The translations under genes and the position numbers were made by a program. Below, in pieces: positions 6,484-10,253 of a DNA stretch of 10,253 bases. The stretch is taken from assembly GCA_040220235.1 (NCBI GenBank), contig JAVJTO010000054.1; one strand, 5' to 3'. Positions within the stretch are counted from its first letter, which is position 1. Every line of letters starts with the position of its first letter. The notes beneath the pieces were generated by a model. That model ran no database searches, was not told where the DNA came from, and saw nothing but the letters and a program-made list of their open reading frames with translations. This DNA comes from Coleofasciculus sp. B1-GNL1-01 (lineage in GTDB: Bacteria > Cyanobacteriota > Cyanobacteriia > Cyanobacteriales > Coleofasciculaceae).

Positions 6484-9400
6484 ATGTCTTGGTTTAATTT
6501 TTCCTCAAAGAAACGTCCTGCTGCTCAAGGATTTGCGTCGAAAAAGAAGCGTCAGGAGTTACCGCAAGCCTTTATATTAGAACCGATTTTAACGCCCAGT
6601 GGTTTATTAGATGGCACGGATAATCCCATAGATATCGTGGATATCGATATCTCGGCTGACCAAATTGCTGATATTGATATTCCGGAGTTTGAGGAAGGGT
6701 TTGAAACTATTTCAGATAATAATTTAGAGGAGATTGCCTTCGTTATCTCGGTTGAAGGAGAGGAAACCTTAGAAGAGATTCCCTTTGTTACCTCATTGGA
6801 TGACGCGGCGGAGAGTGAAGCCACTGATGAGGTGCTGACGGACGAAACGCCGTTAAATGAATCGCTATTAACTGGGTTAGACAGTTCCAGTGTGACCTTT
6901 GAATCCGGTGTATTTACGGTTGGAAAAACTGGGGACGTTAGTGTTGATTTCCTCTTTGATGGTGGGGGATATGAAGGTGAACTCGCCGTCTTTAGTTTAG
7001 AGGGGATGGAGGAGTTTGAACCGGGTTCAGAGGCGTTTATTCAGGAAGCCGCCTCTCGTGCGTTGAGTGATTCGGAGTTAGGTCATGTGGTGATTAGTGA
7101 CCAAACCGATGGGGCGCGGTTCGTTGGCGAATTAGGAGAAAGTGACCGAAATTCTGGAGAGTATTTGGGAGTTAAAACAGTCCAAATGCGTCCAGGGGAT
7201 GAGTTTGGCTTCATGCTGGTTCCCAATAATACAGTGCAACGGGTGTTTGATAATCCCGATGTGGGAGGGGCGGCGCGTCCCCTATTTTCTATGGCAACGG
7301 CGAATCCAGATGATGGGTTTCATGTCGGGCAAATTGCCGATGTTACGGGCGATGGAAGTACCTTTGTGATGGAAGATTTGCGGGTGGATACCAAGTCAGA
7401 TGGGGATTATAACGATGTTATTTTCCAAGTGCGCGGGGCGACGGGTGAAGCGGCTTTGATGGATGAGGTGATTGAGTCTGGAAAGGATTGGCGGGAGACG
7501 GATTTGGGTCAAGCGTTGATTGATTATGCGATTGAAAATTTAGCCGATACCGACACGGGAAATACTGATTCTGGCGATATCGACACAGGAGATACCGACA
7601 CGGGAGATAGTAATTCTGGCGATATCGACACAGGAAATACCGACACGGGAGATAGTAATTCTGGCGATATCGACACGGGAGATACCGATTCTGGCGATAT
7701 TGATTCTGGCGATACAAACCCAGACGAGACTGACCCCGTTGAACCTGTGGTAAGCTATGAGTTTCCAGAGGAAGACCAGCCGCTAATTGGGGTAATTGAT
7801 ACAGGGTTTAGTGATGATAATCCCGATATCGATTATTCTCAGATTACGTTAGGGAGCGATCGCGTCGATAATGATTCTAACCCCTTATTGGTATCTGGAG
7901 AGGGGAATGAGCATGGGACTCATGTTTTAGGAATTATTGCGGCACAACAGGATAATGATATCGGCATCGATGGGATTAATGATGATGCGCCCTTATGGGT
8001 AGGACGTGCGGTTGGTTCTGGAGAATGGGCAGATTCGTTAGTTGAGTTTGTCGATACCGCCAAGGAATCAAGTCAACCGAATGCGGTTGTGAATCTGAGT
8101 TTGGATTTAACCCAAGTGAACTCCGATGGTAGTGTAACTACCCGTTATGAGTTTACACCCGAAGAACGGGCGGCGATTGAATATGCCCGTCAGAATGGGG
8201 TGTTAATTGTCGCCGCCGCCGGGAATGATGGGGATGTAATGTCCGTTTTGGGTCAAGCATCTCAGGAGTTTGACAATATTATTACCGTAGGTGCAGCGCA
8301 ACAGGTAGAAACCGATACGCCCTCTCCAACCTATCAACGGGCGTATTATTCCAGTTATTGCAGGGGTTTAGATATTTTAGCCGAGGGAGGTACATCTGAG
8401 AATCCAGTTGTGTCTACCGTCGAGGATAGTGTTGGCACAATGGCGGGAACCTCGGTGGCGACAGCCAAAGTAACGGGGGCGGCTTCTCAAGTGTGGGCGG
8501 CGAATCCCCAGTTAAGTTATCGCCAAGTGATTGAAGTTCTTAAGTCTACGGCGACTGATTTAGCAGAACCCGGTTGGGATGCAGAAACAGGAACGGGATT
8601 ATTGAATTTGGCCGCCGCCGTGGGATTGGCGCAGGTAACGAAACCTGAAGACTATGCCATTCCTGCTATCGATATTCCTGAGACTTGGAGTGGTGAGGAT
8701 GTAGTCACACCGATGGAACGGGCAGCTGGTTTATTTAATCAGTTACCCTCTGGTGGCGTAACTGCGATCGCGTCTAGTGAGCTACAACGACTCAATAGCA
8801 TTAAAACCATTATTAGCACTGTTGCCAATCGTTTCAACATCCTCCCAGAAATTATTGCAGGTATCATTAGCCGAGAAACCAATACCCGGAACATCCTTGG
8901 CGATAATGGACACGGACATGGATATATGCAACTTGATATTGGTACTTTCCCGAATATCAAGTTTCAACCTTGGTATGACGCCGCTTGGAATATTGAACAA
9001 GGTGTCAATCTGTTAATCAATGATAAATATGCATATCTCAAACCAAGGTTGCCAGAGTCGTTACATTTGCGAGGTTCCTTAGCTGCTTATAACTCAGGTC
9101 AGAGTAATGTTGTTAAGGCATATCAGCGAGATTTAGATGTTGATGCCTATACCACAGGCAAAAATTACAGTGCTGATGTACTAAATCGCGCCCGTTGGTT
9201 ACTGCAAAATGGGTGGAATGGTAAGAGTTCTACACCGACTCCTTCACCTCAAGAAACTCGTCGTCCTTACATTGTCCGCCCAGATGAAACGCTTTGGGGA
9301 ATTGCTCAACGAGAACTCAACAATGGTAACCGTTGGCGGGAAATTCAGAAAGAAGATGGCAGCACATTTACTGAAGCTCAAGCAAGTCGTTTGCAGGTTG

Positions 9401-10253
9401 GTCAAACCATTTATCTACCTGTGAAATATCAGACGGGAACTGGCAAACCTGTGACACCTCCACCAATTAGTAACCCAATCATCATTAACAGCCAAATTGG
9501 TAGAAGTTCGCGTGCGCCTCATTTATTCCAGGAAGCTTATAGCCGAATTAATGGGAATGATCTCGGTTTAACGCCAACAAAAGATGCTTACCGTTGGGGT
9601 AACGGTTGGACACAAGAATTCCGTGATCGCAACGGGAACCGTGTACTCCTAATGTTAGAGGATGGCGCGACTAAAGCCTTCTCTGTATTAGGCAACAATT
9701 TAAATGAATATGAATTTATGGGGGGAGCCGTAGGTCGAGATTTAGACGGTCGGCAAGTGTATTTGGGTTATCCTCGGTCTGATGAAAATATCTTTACCAA
9801 AGATGGCAAACGAGCCGTTTGGCAAGCCTTTGCCGCTGAGAATGGGAAAGCTCGAATTCATAACCTTTATGGTCACGCCTCCGTTGTCACCTGGGGAACC
9901 ATTGGTGCATTTTACACCGATTTAGGTGGTGCTGGTCATTGGTTAGGAATGCCAACTCGTCGAGAATATATTCATAGTAGCGATACAATTTTCTCTGACT
10001 TCCAAGGAGGTCGTATTGCTTACAACCGGAACGATGGTCGCACTGAGGCACTACGATATGATGAACAACCATCTTGGTGGTTTCCTAATAATATCCATTT
10101 GAAACCTGGAAACAACAACTTAGATTTTGGTCGTGGACAGGAATGGATTACACCTGGAGGCTATAAGTTCCGCTTCCAGGAAGATGGAAATTTGGTTTTG
10201 TATGACCCACAAGGAAAACCCACATGGGCAACGGGGACAGTGAATATAGCTGA
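6484..10253 (+). CDS. Giant multidomain secreted-type protein (partial, >1256 aa): LEP-motif leader, DUF4114-like domain, S8 subtilase, g-type lysozyme (GH23), LysM, LGFP repeats, bulb-type lectin
   Basis: Manual translation from ATG 6484 ([12 protein letters not shown]...) shows no stop to the window end. The terminal TGA is out of frame, which is why the ORF track misses this gene. Domain motifs are listed as separate features. Confidence 0.95.
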   Translation, partial: MSWFNFSSKKRPAAQGFASKKKRQELPQAFILEPILTPSGLLDGTDNPIDIVDIDISADQIADIDIPEFEEGFETISDNNLEEIAFVISVEGEETLEEIPFVTSLDDAAESEATDEVLTDETPLNESLLTGLDSSSVTFESGVFTVGKTGDVSVDFLFDGGGYEGELAVFSLEGMEEFEPGSEAFIQEAASRALSDSELGHVVISDQTDGARFVGELGESDRNSGEYLGVKTVQMRPGDEFGFMLVPNNTVQRVFDNPDVGGAARPLFSMATANPDDGFHVGQIADVTGDGSTFVMEDLRVDTKSDGDYNDVIFQVRGATGEAALMDEVIESGKDWRETDLGQALIDYAIENLADTDTGNTDSGDIDTGDTDTGDSNSGDIDTGNTDTGDSNSGDIDTGDTDSGDIDSGDTNPDETDPVEPVVSYEFPEEDQPLIGVIDTGFSDDNPDIDYSQITLGSDRVDNDSNPLLVSGEGNEHGTHVLGIIAAQQDNDIGIDGINDDAPLWVGRAVGSGEWADSLVEFVDTAKESSQPNAVVNLSLDLTQVNSDGSVTTRYEFTPEERAAIEYARQNGVLIVAAAGNDGDVMSVLGQASQEFDNIITVGAAQQVETDTPSPTYQRAYYSSYCRGLDILAEGGTSENPVVSTVEDSVGTMAGTSVATAKVTGAASQVWAANPQLSYRQVIEVLKSTATDLAEPGWDAETGTGLLNLAAAVGLAQVTKPEDYAIPAIDIPETWSGEDVVTPMERAAGLFNQLPSGGVTAIASSELQRLNSIKTIISTVANRFNILPEIIAGIISRETNTRNILGDNGHGHGYMQLDIGTFPNIKFQPWYDAAWNIEQGVNLLINDKYAYLKPRLPESLHLRGSLAAYNSGQSNVVKAYQRDLDVDAYTTGKNYSADVLNRARWLLQNGWNGKSSTPTPSPQETRRPYIVRPDETLWGIAQRELNNGNRWREIQKEDGSTFTEAQASRLQVGQTIYLPVKYQTGTGKPVTPPPISNPIIINSQIGRSSRAPHLFQEAYSRINGNDLGLTPTKDAYRWGNGWTQEFRDRNGNRVLLMLEDGATKAFSVLGNNLNEYEFMGGAVGRDLDGRQVYLGYPRSDENIFTKDGKRAVWQAFAAENGKARIHNLYGHASVVTWGTIGAFYTDLGGAGHWLGMPTRREYIHSSDTIFSDFQGGRIAYNRNDGRTEALRYDEQPSWWFPNNIHLKPGNNNLDFGRGQEWITPGGYKFRFQEDGNLVLYDPQGKPTWATGTVNIA
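6895..7530 (+). other. DUF4114-containing domain of the giant ORF
   Basis: [29 protein letters not shown] ... [23 protein letters not shown]. The EDL...D.DYND motif is the DUF4114 signature (possible Ca2+ binding). Confidence 0.7.
7546..7710 (+). repeat. In-frame 15-bp tandem repeat: 11 x (D/N)-(T/I/S)-(D/N)-(T/S)-G pentapeptide linker
   Basis: [55 protein letters not shown], with a 45-bp higher-order period. Confidence 0.92.
7777..8630 (+). other. Peptidase S8 (subtilisin-like) domain
   Basis: IGVIDTG (Asp 7798), [11 protein letters not shown] (His 7912), VAAAGN (oxyanion Asn 8224), GTSVA (Ser 8452), ending [10 protein letters not shown]. Confidence 0.95.
8752..9216 (+). other. Goose-type lysozyme / GH23 domain
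   Basis: [26 protein letters not shown] (Glu 8875), [13 protein letters not shown] (Asp 8902, 8935), [15 protein letters not shown] and [25 protein letters not shown] parallel the goose lysozyme motifs [34 protein letters not shown] and TTHDDYANDVVARAQ. Confidence 0.9.
9268..9420 (+). other. LysM domain
   Basis: [26 protein letters not shown]...[10 protein letters not shown]. Confidence 0.9.
9520..10050 (+). other. LGFP-like repeats (2 clear, 1 degenerate)
   Basis: YEFMGG...LGYPRSDE (9763) and [25 protein letters not shown]...DFQGGRIAY (9943). Confidence 0.75.
10120..10253 (+). other. Bulb-type (GNA-like) mannose-binding lectin domain, truncated by the window
   Basis: [28 protein letters not shown] contains the QxDxNxVxY motif at 10177-10203. 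Confidence 0.85.

Larger units (their letters stand above)
536..8771. repeat. HIP1 octamers GCGATCGC
   Basis: Sites at 536, 784, 1004, 3151, 5513, 7856 and 8764. This density indicates a cyanobacterial genome. Confidence 0.9.

Noticed and set aside
7418..7717. Cys/Arg/Tyr-rich repeat peptide ([10 protein letters not shown])n as a possible RiPP or antimicrobial substrate
   Set aside because: It is the antisense shadow of the DTDTG repeat in the giant plus-strand gene.
6552..10072. Other short ORFs in the track (6552-6824, 7142-7369, 8739-8960, 8777-9016, 8782-9000, 9209-9424, 9887-10072)
   Set aside because: All overlap the long, motif-rich ORF starting at 6484, in other frames or on the opposite strand.
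10251..10253. Terminal TGA as the stop codon of the giant ORF
   Set aside because: It is out of frame (codons read ATA GCT GA.), and the lectin domain is incomplete, so the gene continues beyond the window.

Overview
Accessory region of a HIP1-rich (7 GCGATCGC sites), probably filamentous, cyanobacterium. Left part (minus strand): an HTH-domain fusion protein (196..1176) and a PD-(D/E)XK/HsdR_N-like nuclease gene (1633..2235). They sit among GTAG-type REP palindromes, MITEs and a 156-bp direct repeat. Centre (minus strand): a 990-aa fusion of two PqqD/RRE-like domains, an M50 (site-2) Zn-metalloprotease and a HlyD-type periplasmic adaptor (2658..5630). Divergent from it is a giant ORF missing from the supplied ORF track because it runs off the window (6484..>10253, >1256 aa, translated by hand, no stop). 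Its domain order is: non-Sec leader with a '[11 protein letters not shown]' motif, acidic region, DUF4114-like domain, (D/N)xDxG repeats, S8 subtilase with intact triad, linker '[15 protein letters not shown]', goose-type (GH23) lysozyme, LysM, LGFP repeats, bulb-type lectin. The most interesting hypothesis is a leader-peptide-directed RRE-M50-HlyD export/processing system for a self-cleaving, modular, peptidoglycan-attacking effector. The domain calls are by-eye motif recognition and the system-level model is inference.
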